Below, piece after piece: positions 43,649-58,400 of a DNA stretch of 64,000 nucleotides. This stretch comes from Tubiluchus corallicola (taxonomy: Eukaryota > Animalia > Priapulida). The stretch is taken from contig JAQGDQ010000150.1 of NCBI GenBank assembly GCA_030141605.1, positions 165,978 through 229,977 of the forward strand, in the 5' to 3' direction. The stretch's first letter is position 1. Each line of letters begins with the position of its first letter. The notes beneath the pieces were generated by a model. The model was not told where the DNA came from. It was given only the letters and a program-made list of their open reading frames with translations, and ran no database searches. The position numbers and the translations under genes are program-made.

Positions 43649-44599
43649 TCAGTCTGTGCACTTTTCCATGTGCTGCTGTATTTCATATTTATAGTCAGTC
43701 CACCAATGGTTGTCCTTTAATACACTATCGGTAAATCTTTCCTATACAGAAACAAAAGTAAAGCACATATAAAGTTATGACTTTAAAAAAAAAAACAGAA
43801 AATTCTTAATAAGCAGCATCATTTCAAAAAACCACGGTATAGCCAGTAGGTAGTTTTTTCAATAAGAATATACAACACAAATTACAAAAATCTCAGCAAA
43901 TACTGTTTAGGCCTTTAATAAGCCCTTTCACGGTTCCATTGGTTGATTATGATCGTGAAAAGGTCAAAGGTTAAGTCACTGCACTCACTACACCACCCAT
44001 ACCATAGTTATATAGATAAATCCACAACATCAACCCATACCTTCTATACCGTCTATGCCATACCACTGAAGGACACCACACCACTTGCACCCATCACACT
44101 CCACCACACTACACCCACCACATCACATGGTGGTGAGGATAACTATGACATGGCAACAACAACATAGCGAAACCACACAAAATATTTCATACAAAGGTGA
44201 AACTGTGTGCTATGACAAACCCTATTAGACCCATCTAACAGTGATCAATAATGCATGAACTGTTTACACAGTTTTTACTTGCTGCTTCTCAGATGATAAC
44301 GTATTAAAAGATAAAACTTACATGTACAATCTATAAGTGCTAATAGGGGGACTTGAAACAGCACTGGGGGATTGAAAAAGAATGTCAAGGCACACCGTTT
44401 CATGTAGTGGACAACTTTCCCATTGAAGCCCTAGTGCCTTGTAGGCCATTTCCACCTACTTCCACCAAAGTGTTTATCTTTTCCCAACCTGCTCAAACAA
44501 TTACAAAAATCGTTTTTTTGGAGACTGTCTCTACAATTTTCCACAAAATTTGGGTAGATCGATTCTAGTAAACTGCCCATATATATACACGCACGCACG

Positions 44600-44644
<45 letters not shown>

Positions 44645-47600
44645 GCACGTACCACAAAATTAATATATTAACTAGCCCATGCCCTGCAAAAGATCTTGCT
44701 CATAACACTTATAACCAATAAAGCCCAAACTTCCTACAGAGTGTGCATTTACTATCCTTGCATTTAGCGACCTTACCACTAGCGCAAAAGCCAGTAGTTT
44801 TTACAGAAGTAAAATTATAGGCAGACTACAATCTAATGACGTCAGAACAAAGGCTACCAGTTTTCTAAGCAAGAATTGCCTGAAATGGAGCCTGCAATCA
44901 ACCCAAACCTTCGATATCGTCTATGCCAAACCACCGAAGGACACTACACCATTTATACCCACCACACTCTACCACACCACACACACCACCACCCGAAGTC
45001 ATTCCTCTTGGTGGAGCGTCCTAGAAAGAGACCCACATCATCATTGTGTAGTCCAGTTGCTCCTCTTTCCAAAAAACTAATTCTCCTTCCAAGACTCCAT
45101 TATGTGCCACTAGGGGGCTTTTTCTACATTATGTACCTTCAAAATTCAGAAAAAAATTGGGTAGCTTGGTCCAAGAAAATGCCCCTTTGTGGGAAATTGT
45201 GGACCTGTCACGAAATCTAAATAGCCCTACTATACCATTGAACGGGCTATCCAATTATTATAGGTATTACCTGTGACACGTTCCCATTCTCTATGAACAA
45301 AGGGTACAAATTTTGGGCAAAAACGGCAACCTTTGGTGGTTTTTCACTGCTCATTTGTCCTGGTAGCCCTGATTCGAAAAATAACACATCAATGAGACAA
45401 CAAGAGATATATTATATATATGCATGTATTACATATATATATATATATGAAACCTTATACCAAAATTAATGTATTAGATTACCTGTATGTTGGTAACTAA
45501 ATGTGAGTATTGATGACGGGCAAATGTTCCAGTTTCACAGTTTTGTAATAATTTAGTACTAGCCACGACGAATCTTTCCAACTCATTGATTGTCTTCATC
45601 TCTACAAATATTATAATGAAATAAGACAAAGCGTGTCAGTCCTACGGCAGATCGTCCATTTCTACTTTTCTAAAATGTATGACTTATAAATGTGCTTTTG
45701 GCAACATAAACATAAACAAGATGGAGATTTTGGTAGTGCTTGTAGGTTATTAAGGATCATTTAGACGATTGTTTTTTTTGTCAAATCGGCTTGTCAGTTT
45801 TGGTTTGACAAACTAGTTTGATCGTGTAAACAATAAAACCAACAAACTTCTAGTTTGACAAACAAAATTTGATGATATCAAAGCGTCATGAATTCACCAA
45901 ACAAAAACTGACAAATTAAGACTCAACTGCCATTAGTGTTGTGCGCTCGTTACACCATATTGATTGTTCACTTTCGCGCAGGGGCCAGGAAATTTTGTCG
46001 TTATTAATCCAGCAAGTAGTATAAATATGCGACGATCAAGATTATTGGGTGTCGGCTGATACTGAAACCAGGAGGGTAGAAATAGTGGAAATACAAAGGA
46101 GATTTTGATTTTGCTTACAAAAGGAAAATTCTGATTTTGCCGTACTGCTTTATAGCAATCAACTAAACAGTTTGTGACAGTACTGTAGTTAAACTTATCA
46201 TAATAAATTGTCAAACATTGCAGGTGTCACATATACATATAATTCAAAAAGTCAGCAACACCCCAATCTTTGAAAATCAGGCTGTAACTGTCTCTTTCAA
46301 TTATTCGCTATAGCTATTATTTCATCCAAAGTTTTCTAACTCTTTTCCAATTTCTCCTGCTTTAATCATACAAGCTAGCCCTATAGACAACAAAGCACGT
46401 CTGCGTATTACCACCAAAATTTGACTGACACCCCTTGCTGAACAGTTATTACCAGAGTTTGATGGAGTAAAGTTGATATTGTCTAAAAGCCTATCAGTTT
46501 TTAGAGTGACAGTTTTTGTTTGCCAGTTTTAGTTTGACAATGATTGTGTAAAAGTAGAACTTATTGTGTAAAGGGACCACTAGTGAAATAATTTTTATGC
46601 TGCAAAAGAAATTTTGTGATGTGTTCAAATTTACCTAACATATCATTAAGCAGTTTCTTCAGGATGTGTTCTGTCACTTTAAATTTCACACACAATCTCC
46701 AACATACTTCTAATGCTGAGTTGCATAGATGCCTGTCTCTTGCACCATTATAGTCCATACCAACAAGAGCAATTAATGCTTCTGAACAAACTTGACCCAC
46801 AAATAACAGATTCATATCACTGAGAGATGATAGCGAAGTGAAAAACTGAATTACAGCTAACTGAGTTAATAAAGTTGTATGTAAGCAGCTCCCCTAAAAT
46901 AAAAACAAGAAAATATTCAAGTGTATGTCAATAGACAGGTATTGCATTTTTCAACGAAATTTTAATAAGGAAGGGGAAATTATCATGCACTAAATAAAGA
47001 TAGTGCATGTGAGAATTAGTGCTAGATATTAACGTCTCAATCACTACAGATTTGTGTTAATATTTTTTTTTGCTTGTATTCATCTTAATTTTGAATTCTT
47101 ACATGTTATTCTAATTTTTCTTGTTTTGTTTTTTCCCAAATGGAAGCTAAATTAGTATGCAAATTTTCATTTAAATTACAATTCATTTTAGAATAATTTA
47201 TGTTTTGGTTAACTCTTATATTTGTCATTGATCCATTACTGCATACTGTTGATTTGATAAAAAAAATCCATTATTATGATTAGTGTTTACATAGGTACCC
47301 AATTGTTATTTAAGATTCAGTGACAGTGAATAAATTGTAATCATTTATATTTGCAAATAAAAACAACCACTGGTCTATTTTAGCTAACTGTGTAATCTTA
47401 GTGACAAACATTTGGATATTACATGGTTAAGCCCTGAACATTAGCTACGAGTCACAAAAGTTAATGTTTTGTCACTGCACTGCATTTCCCAGACTAATTA
47501 CTTGTATTGCACGCTTTATCAATGAATCAGCTATAGCATAGGGGTTGTAATAATCAATTGTGGTTTTTGTGTGTCATTAAACTTTACAATCCATTTATTG

Positions 47601-49387
47601 GTATCACTGTTAGTAGCCCAAAAGCTTTTTATAAGTTAGAAAACCATTTCGTTTGGATAATTAAACCTTTTGCAAATAAATTGTTTTTGATAAAGTTTCG
47701 TAGGCCACCCTTTCAGCAAAAGTGGTATGATCTTCTATATGCTTGCAACTGATAGACATATAATCGCTGTTGGCCTGCTAATGGTGATGTACACTAAAAT
47801 ACTATATTTCAAATAATAATTTACTAAAGACCAAATCTAGTGTGTTTAAGTGAAGGTTGGCAGTGTCCCAATGCAGCTGTTGCCTGCTAGTCGGTATCTG
47901 TTGTACAGTATAAGTGCACCGCATCTGCATTTTCCCTGTTGCAACCAGGTAGGTATATCAGGCTTGGGTAATAAACAATGCAGGTAAGTATCTGTGTACC
48001 CGATGGAAACAATAATTTTAATTCGTGTGTAAAGTTTCATTTGACTTCAGTTTGATTCCAATTTTATTTTTAGTTAAGTCTTATGTGTTACTACATGCTT
48101 CTGATTTGCTTAGTACAATAGTCGCCGCTTAATAAAACCACCACAAGACCAACAACTAGCAATAAGTGGTGGAGTCTTAATAATAACTTAATAAGTGATC
48201 TTAATTGGCTGATTGCAGGTGTGTATAGTTTGCAAAGCACAATACATAAACGCTTCAACCTAATTAATATATTTAGGCTACTTCTATGTCTTTGTATTTT
48301 CCAGTGATTTCTTTCACTTGTATTTGCACTTTCTTTCAGACTTTTTTCATTTTCCAGTGTGTTTATCAGGAGTGTTGTTACAGGGTTGCAGCCTTCTAAA
48401 TTTATCTAACAACTCTAATATCCCCTGTGCATTTAACTTCCTGTGTTTCCATTTGCCTGACATAATTTAATGCCTTATGTACAAAAACTTTGCTTGCAGG
48501 CTCATGGGGCAGTCAGCTAATTTGTGTGCATACCGAATGACTCCAAGTTCATTCAGTAGACTAAAATGTACTTTGACAAGTATACCTTAGAAGTGTGACT
48601 TTGACTAAGAAGAGGCGAATCCAGGAAACGGGACTTAAATTTCAACTGTGTATCTTAAAAATAGGCACACTACCAAAAAAAAACTTTTATTTTTCGTTTT
48701 GCTATTGTTTTTGTCGCCTATTAATGAAAAGTTACTGAAATGTGATCTCATTAAATGGCACATTGGTTTTAGCCGAATTTTCTTAATAATAGTTACTATT
48801 GTTGGCGGAACTTTGTCAGCTAAACGGAGTTTACTCAGTAAGCAGTAGAATCGTGTAATGAGCTGATTACGACGATCTAAATTAATGACCTTCTAATTTA
48901 AAACCATAAAAATTACAAATTTAATGTACAAATGATAATACTGCTGCAAGCCAACAACTTTACAATCTACATCACAGCATTTAGTAGCTAGACTTCTCAG
49001 ATCATCTATATTGTTGGACCAATACAAAATTTTTGATAACACTGCTACTATCTGCTTTATAACCATGCAATAAAACAGCTGTTAGAATTTATTAAGGTAT
49101 CATATTTAGCCTTTTTGCAAACGCAGTGTAATACTAACAAATTTTCAAGCACCATTACACATAGTAACAAGTAATAAGCTTCATCTAGTAATAAGATCTA
49201 TTGGGTAATTCCGCACTGTGCCAAAACGATTTTAAAATATGGTTGGTTTTATTATCTGTATTTTTTTAAAAGGTGACTACTGTATTTCATATGAATTTAG
49301 TATTTACTATTTTCAATTTCTTTACTTTTCCATATCACTAGTACAATGTCAGTAACTTATTACATTATTTATATTAATAAAGTAATA

Positions 49388-49425
<38 letters not shown>

Positions 49426-52400
49426 CACATTTCTGCTTTTTAAATAATAAAAAATTGTAAAGCACAGCAGAATAACTATACTATTGGTATATATTTACTA
49501 TGGATCTGGATTTGGTTAGTATAGCCATCTTCATAGACTCAGAATTTGTAGATGGCGTGGCAGATGTACTGGAGTGCAGTGGAAGGTGCACAAGGAGAAG
49601 TAGTGGTCCAGTAGCATGGTGGAATCCATGGTGTTGATATGTATCTGGCCAGCTTCCAACTGTCATGTTTTCAGTTAATAATGTGTAATTCTGTAAATTT
49701 GTTTATCCCTTGGAAAGCAGAGTTCTTGCCATATTTAATTAATCATATTTCTATTATAATTTTAATACGTGCAGCAGTACTACAGCGCAGTAGCGGATAG
49801 CCCTATAGGCTGAATAGGCTGAAGCCTAAGGCCCGGGATCAAAAGGGGCCCGGCAAAATAAAACAAAAAAAATTTTTTTTTTGTAAAAAAAATAAATTGA
49901 CAAAAGAGCAAGGGGCCCTCCAAAATGTAATCATGTTTATATAGTCCTAGTCCACAACTCAAGGATCAAGAAGATATAATTTTTATCACAATCGGTGGGC
50001 AAAAACTCACAAAATTAAACAAACTTACAAACGACGAGAGCTCCACAAAAACACGTCAGCTCAGCAGTGTAGCAACATTTAAAAGGCCCGTTCCAAGCTG
50101 AAGCCTAAGGCCCATAAAATCATAATCTGCCGCTGCTACAGCGTAGTTTAGTATAGTACCTTTAGTACAGTGTTACCAATGCATATTGAGTAGTAATTAC
50201 CAGCAGATATCTTATTTGCTCAGTCATTGAATCCTGAACTTGTTCTTCATTGGGTAGTTGACAAACGCATAACACTATGTTCTGAAAGTTATTTAAAAAA
50301 ATCTGTAAATTGTGTGATGCAAATTACAAATATGAAGAATTATTATACATTATTAGTTTAAAAATTAGCAATTCGTGCAACAATGTACATTGACTGTGGA
50401 TATTAACTGACATACCATTAATAAAAAAATTAATTACAGAACACAATGTTTACGTTTTGAAGTAGCACTTTGTATATGTTAAAATAAGTTTGGAAAAGCA
50501 CCACTAGTCCAAATTTGACTTTATAATTTTCTCAGAAAACTGTCACTGAGGTAATACAAATGGTGAAGCACCAAGTATTCAAATCACTAGCCGAATGAAT
50601 TCAACATTAATGGGATATAACAACCATCTAAAATGACATACTATTCTATATGCTTGTGCTACACAGGTAAACTAGAACAGATATTGAAATTTATTATACA
50701 CTAGTTTTCTAACAAATTCTTCAACAATGTCGTGAGATTCATCAATAGTAGATTCATAATAGGTATCATACACAAATGTAGTTACACTTATAATTGCATT
50801 TACACTAGGCAGCATACAGCAGGTGAATTGTTGTCGCTTGCATTACACGTTTGTTTTTATGAATCTGTGCTTTTACTACTATTAAAATAATAATATTAAG
50901 TACGTGATTTAGAATTTCCAGTGGCGTATAATGAAAAAACAAATGATGCCTATTTTTCGGGCAGCAGTGCATTTATAATTACCCCTCGAGATTGTCACCA
51001 GCAGAACTAGTTGACAAACCCTTGAAGTCATAAATGCCTTAGTGACTCAAACTATGCATTATTTGTATACTATTTCTATGCTATGCCAAGTGTGCTAATA
51101 GCATATTATCTTAACGATAGCTGATAGCTGATAGCACGGATAGTCTTCTGAATTTTTTCTGTCAACTTTTGCATCAATATAATAATTATCATTGCTCGGA
51201 CATCTACTATCGGTTTCATTAGGTCCTGACAGATTCTCTCAATAAATGCAGGTGGGATTTTCATGCAAGTATGTAAACTTTCCATATTAAACTTCGCTAC
51301 CGACTGCTTAATTGCGATAACAGTTGCTTTTTGAACTGCGGTGTGGTGAGTGTGTAACTGCCATTAATGCAAATGATTTTCTAAATAGATTATACAAAAC
51401 AGATAGAATGTTTTATTAGAACGAATGTGATGTGCAAGATAAACAAAAAAATTATGATTGATACATTTTATGTCCAATTTTCAAACAAAATTTAGTAAAG
51501 TCATCACCTGCGATATAGCGTTTTCAAATGGCCATTTCTGGATATCGCATAAATTTGAACTATTAGGTCGAAATTTTGAGGTGTCGCACCCAATCAACAT
51601 TGAAACCAACCAATTGATGTAATATTCTGGTTTTGTCCACTCCTCACCATATTTAAGTTGTTGTACAAACCTGAAAAGTTTTTTCCATGTAATTTGTGGA
51701 AAGCACAATTCGTGAAAGGCTTTTGATAAGGGGATGTCAGATTAATTTATATAACAAAAAACTACATATGCTTATTTTATTCATTGCAATCCAGAAACAG
51801 GAAACATTGCATTGTGCAAACCGTAATGCTTCATTATCCACACTGACAATAACATAGTCATAATCTTTACGTAATTTACTGATTAAACAACGATGAAGCT
51901 GAAATACATTTTATACTGACTAAGGTCTGCAGTCCATTCAGTCAAATGCGATATATTTTAAAATGTGACTTTTTGTACAGACTGCACTAGTCGCACTAGC
52001 AGGAATTTGACGTTGCAATGGCTAGAGTTCTGGTGGAAAACACATAAATAAACAAAGATGCTAAGAAAAATTATGATTACATTTGGATACTGTAAACTTT
52101 TTTGTCAAGGAATATGAAGCGATATGGGCACTCCACATCATAACCCACAAATTAAACGAGAAAGACGAATAAACTCATTGTTGGAATGCACTTCAAACCA
52201 CCATGCCACAGATGTTCAATCCTGTTTTTGGAAATTGGTAGTATATTGGGAGTGAAATTATGTATTTTAATACTGAACATGTTTATTAGTTAACTGCTTG
52301 CTGTCACTATTTCAAGTAAGGAAAAGGTAATTATTTATATATTAGAGCTGCTTCCATATTCTATTAATTTTTGTTATTTTAGTGTTTTGAAGATGAACAA

Positions 52401-55400
52401 CATTTTTAAACCAGTTAGTAACGAGTTATACTAAGATAATAGTTGTGCAAACCATTATACGACTATCATACAGACAACATACTTGATAATATCTACCTGC
52501 AATGTAAAATTTGGAGCAAATATCTTATTGCCACAATATCTGTATTTCCTGATCTAGACCACTTTGTAAGTTTGATATATAACTCATTTTCAACTCTTGG
52601 TGCAAAATGGAGGAAATCAAAAACAGTCTTTTGCTGAGATGAACTAAACTTCGGCAATTTTTCTGAAATGATAATAACAAATTAAGTTGCGAGTGATTTA
52701 AAATGTCTTAGTGAGTGACACAACTAAAAGATAAAAATAGCAAGCACTTCCTTTCCTTTTTAACAAATCAGGACTGAAGACATTTTGATATTTTGCCTGT
52801 GAGAAAGTTTCCTAGGCAAATTTGCAATTATACAAAGAAAGAATTATATGAGTCTTGTAACAAGACTAAGAATACTACATACCAATAAAATGAGGCAGTT
52901 CAATAAGTAAAGCAGAAAGGAAATTCTCGTCTCCTTGAGCAGCTGCTACATGCATGAGTGAAAACAAAGTATTAAGATTTTCATATTTTGTTGGGGTGCT
53001 CAACACTGTCTTTGGTAGCAAGGTCAGCCAACTTGGTGTTTTGTCGCTTTGCCTAAAATACAGAACACAAAACGGTTTTTCTCGTAAATTGTAAACACTG
53101 TCACGTAAACACCAAATTAACTACATTATCTCCCGCTATCCGCTACATCATCTATAAAGGTATTTTTCGTGCAAGACGGAGAAAGAGGAAGAGGGGCAGA
53201 GAAGGAATCCAGAAAGAGAAACTTGTTGCGATTATGGATGGCGCTCAAACATAATCAAAAGAAACGCTTAACAAAGTAAATCAGCTTTCGTCATTTTAAT
53301 CTAACCGCTGTGGTACAGTCACATGATCATGACGCCATAGACTATATATCGTAACAAAAGAGAATGATAAAGAGACAGAGCGAAAGGGATAGGGAAGTTG
53401 TATTTTGACAAAAATGAGTCTGCGGGCATGGCGAGCAGTCAGGCGAAAATTGCTAATAAAACAAATTTAGCAAAAGTGAAAAAAGAATTTATCTAGACTG
53501 CTTTCAAACTGCTGCTCACGAATATTGGTTACTTCACATTTATGAGCAAACAAGAGTATGGCTGTGGCAACAATATTTGGAACTAAAACATACACAGAAT
53601 GGCAAACGTCAGTCACAAGCAGACGGCCAATCAGCTCTCCTTTTGTTTTATCTAACCGGCTGCTGCCGTATAACAAAAGCTACTCACAAACAGACGTGTA
53701 GATCTAGCCAGAATGAGCTGCAATAATGCCAAAACTGACCCATAAAGTCAATGTTTACTGGGGACATGGAGAATGTATTAAAAATTTGCAAAAATACAGC
53801 GAGAGTTAACATCAAGCGCGTGTTATTACTGTTGTTATTTTTTCCAGTCATACAAAATTTGTGCACCTAAAATTTATTTATCAGTAAAACACAGGCATTG
53901 TAGTGGTGAAACACTGTGCTTGGATAATAGTAATGCAGACATATAGCGCATGGAAAAGCTTAGAAAGAGTCAGATTTATAAGTTTCTTCAAGCCAAAACA
54001 AAGTTAAACAACTCTGCCACTAGATTAAATCTCTCCCAACTTGGGAGACAACATGAGCCGAACCCTTCTGAATTAAAAAAACCCTGCCTGACCCCAGGTA
54101 AGCTTAATATTTTTCAAGTTTTTATGCTGCTGCAAGAGATTTCCAAATACTACTCTAAGGCATAAAATACCATAAAATATTGTTTATTAAGCTCGAATGC
54201 CCAGTATCTGGGGTAACTAGCTTGTGTTGTTTAAACGTATATTGTTTACATAAGTCTTTTAGACTAATGATTTCATTGATCATGAGTAAGTTTTGAATCA
54301 AGGCACTGCAAACTAATTTTATTGCAGTATAATAAGCCTTTTCAGAGTTTCGTTTTGCGTACATGCAGTTGCTGTAGGTCAAAGGTTAAGTGAACCCAAG
54401 CAATACATCTTAACTACAACCTCCAAACGTGACATGGATAAAAGCAAAGCCATCTGTTGCATCAATTCAGTAACTTCAGTTGTTTACACTGACTTTACTT
54501 CATTATATGCATTAGTTTGTGCGTAGAGTTTCGTTAATCCTGTTAATCTTAATCAAAAACATTACAATACTAGATTTAACGAGTATCAAGTTGTCTGGTG
54601 TAGGACTAATGTTGTGAAATATTTCATCTCATTTATTGGTCCTACCACATGGTATCAATTTTGTCGTTAACAAGATCCAAAAAAGTTTGAAAGCTTCATT
54701 CTTAAAATTATATTAAAGGTTGAGCTTGTATGGTATATGACGTATGTTCGGATTCACAGTAAGCTACAGACTGGCCCCTATTGTGCTTCTGTTCATAAAT
54801 GTGTATATATTTTTATCCTAATATATATATATATCCTTTATATATCCTAATAGCAATCTCATATTCATTCTCATTCACATCATTTCACTAACCTAATCCT
54901 ACTAATTCCCATCTCCTGCACTCTCCACTATTATTCCGTCATTTTTACCTTCCCTTTTTGCACTCTAACACAAGCACCATTAATTGCATTATAGTCACAC
55001 AAGTAATGCTTCCAACTATAATGCAAGCAACAATTTACATAGATATCATGCCATGTCAATTTTATTATGAAATTAATGTAACTATGTATACCATGTTATC
55101 ATAACATATTCTGCTATATTGTATTGTTGTTTGGTGTTTTTGGAAAAAAAGAGTGGTTTAATTAGCGGAATCTTACTTGGGAACTAGGTAAGGTTTTATA
55201 ACTAGCATTTGTCCATTTTTCTTAATTACTTTCACAATGGCATGGGCTTCAAGGCATTGTCAAGTGTACACAAATGCGATGTCAAGTTCATTAAACATTT
55301 GACTTTTTCATGAGCATCATCAATTGCTGGAACTGTGAAAAGGCTTAGTAAAAATATTTTCGTCTCAAATTTGTATGGGAGTTCATATTTTTCATTAACA

Positions 55401-58400
55401 CCCACCACTTTGGTCATAGAATAACAACAACATTAAATCTTATATGCAAAATCTTGATAATTATAATGCACATATCCTTGAATGAAACAAGTGGGCTTAG
55501 CATATGTTGTCAACCTGTACATTTTAACATATAAGAAATAGCAAAATTTTATAATACTCATGAAAAATACTCTAGCACAGTAGCCACTACATTGCTATAT
55601 ACAAATAATAAATGTGTACTCACGAGAAACAGTAAGAGAGTTGTAGCGAGCAAAATGCTTCCAAAATGTGTTGCTTAGAGGCTGAGCTAGCTTGACACTT
55701 GTTAAAACAGTTGTAGGCTGCACTTGATATTTCTTGAATGATTCCTGTAATGTACCAATACATACAGTAGGCACCGCTTAATAGACTCACTTTGGGACCG
55801 ACGTGTTTTGACCCAATTAACCGACTGAACCTATTTAAAACCGATGGGTGTAGTACTACAGGTATAGAAGTATGGGTCATCAGCTTACTACGCACTGCAA
55901 CGGTTTTTAATGAACTTTAGAAACAAGCTAATCCCTAAATTCCTTTGTGCAGTAAAAATTAGAAAAAATATTTTAGAATATTAATTTATACAAATGAATT
56001 AGCAATAAGTTAAAAAGTATACTTTCCTAAATCACAGACTTTTCTAAGTCTGTTTATTTGCAAAAACTACAAAAATTCCTTCAAGGTCGGCTGCTTCATT
56101 TTCCGAGGAGAAGTTGGCCCACAAAGTTCTCGTAATTATGAAAACGTTGAAAATATGTTGTTGTGCGTGACTAAAACAGTTCTGAATCGTCTCCTCACTT
56201 ACATTGCTCTTATTTGCTGTACGATGTTTACTTTGTAAGTCATAAGGAATACCAGCTGATTACTGCGCCCGCATCTTTAACTGTTAACTGACTAAGCCTG
56301 AAAGCTTGATTGTTTCTACATACAACTGTACTTAACATGATTGTTTCTGCATACGTAGTGCACAAAAGGGAAGTAAAGATGACATAAAAGTAGGAAAGGT
56401 TCTTTGGGCACATACAAATATCTTATTTTAAGTAGGTGAAGGAGAAATATTGAGTCCATTAAGCGGAGTTATATGAGTCAATTACCGATAGTTTTTATGT
56501 ATATTTGAATAAAAGCGGCCTGTTCCAGGCATTTTTGAGTCAATTAAGCGATTGAATCTATTAACCGTGAGTCTATTAAGCGGCGCCTACTGCATAACAA
56601 AAATGTTAAAGAACACATATTGGATGATGTAAAATAATTTCAGTAGATGACATTACAAGTAAATATTAGCAGTTCTTAAAATGCAATTATTTTTTAATTT
56701 AATATTACATCATCACAAGCAACATGTTTAAATAATACAGTCAACCCTCTTCATGCTGCCTACATTCTGACAGGAAACAAGTTGACATTATAGCAAGTTC
56801 GGTATTATAACGAGGTGTGTTAAATCACAAAACAGTCAGATACAGTGTACACAACTTAGAGTCTGCAATTTTTACTCTAATAATTAATAAATTAAAAAAA
56901 TTATTAGATTAATCATAATTAATCACAATCATAATCATAATTAAATCCAATTTTTGTTCACATAATAAATGCATCATGTAATAATAGGCTGTACACCTAC
57001 TGCTCCACTAAACAAGTATATTGGTGGAATTTGTTTGGATGATAGGAAACAAGCAAATATCACGCTTCTTCCTGGCAAAAAAACAAGCCACATGTCTACA
57101 GTACAGCTTGCAAACAATCAGAACATGATAACACGCACTATTTTACACAACACAACGTCTAGCCTACGTCAGTGTTCAGCAGAGCATATAGCAGCCTCAA
57201 ACAGCTGGGACTGCATCAAGAAGATGCTGGTGTTAGTTGAAACTGCTAGCAGTATTTCCCCACAGAACATATGTATTAATTTGCCTGGCAGATAGTGGGT
57301 AATGGGAGGCAGTACAATGGGTTATTTTTATATACACTTAAATACAGTCATTTGATTCCTAGCTATTCTGCAAGTGCTAAATGAGTTTGACATCGATGAG
57401 ATATAACAAGGTTTGACTATACATAAATTTTAAACCCGAGCAAGTGTTTATGGAATTCCAGTAAATTATAATTACGGAAACAAGCTAAATTGGCAATACT
57501 TACCATCTTCCAAAGGTAACTTAATAAACAGCTCAACAATCTTGAGAGTACGCTTTAAATCTCCACCTTCATCGTTTTGTCCATTCAGCAGTGCTTTACT
57601 CAGGAACTTGCTTAACTTCTCTTTAAGAAGCTGTCCATCTAAAGTATGCCTTAACTTCGGATCAAGCAGTAAGCACATTAATTCAGCTACTGAAGTGTTT
57701 AATTGCACAGAAGATACCTGATAATTAAAAGTAAGACAATTACAAAACTTCACTGGTCATAGTTATAGTCAACATTATATATTTAACTAATCATGTCTAT
57801 TATGATTGTAGGCCTTTGCCACCATTTTGCTAAACCCTAACTGCATAATCTTAAACAGGAATTGCAACCAACCTTTTCAGATGTTTCTTCATTCAGTTCC
57901 ACTTTAAATTTATTTTTTCGTTTTATTTTGTTTAGGTTTTCATAAACAACATAAGGAAACCTAGCAAAGAACAGCTGTAAAATGTGTCTTTGTTGTTCTG
58001 CTTTCATCCATAAGTTCTGCATAATTAAAAAGTAAAATTAAAATTATCAACATTGAATTTCATGTGCAAGACATAGATATTAAAAGCAAAAAGACCATCA
58101 TGTAGTGTTAGTGTTAATAGTAACTAACTGATTTTAGATCACCTTCTGGTGTACATCCATTAGGCTGTGATTTTTATGTTAAATGTTAGTAATATAGTAA
58201 GTTTGTTACAATTAATTCTGTTATTTTAAAATAGCTTAAAGTAATTTGAAATTTACTTTGCAATCTGAAACGACCGGAATAACAAGCAACAGTAATAATG
58301 ATGTAAGGAAAAATTATTCAAAAGACTCACTCCTTCATTATCTGCATCTTTAGTTAACTGTTTCAAGTAATATACAATGTGCAGCATTACATCTATCACA

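Noticed and set aside
52663-52723. Upstream alternative acceptor for the TEX10 exon ending at 52497
   Set aside because: It introduces an in-frame TAA. The acceptor at 52663-52664 gives an open frame.
55232-55417. ORF MTKVVGVNEK... as a TEX10 exon
   Set aside because: There is no in-phase acceptor, and the flanking exons join in frame without it.
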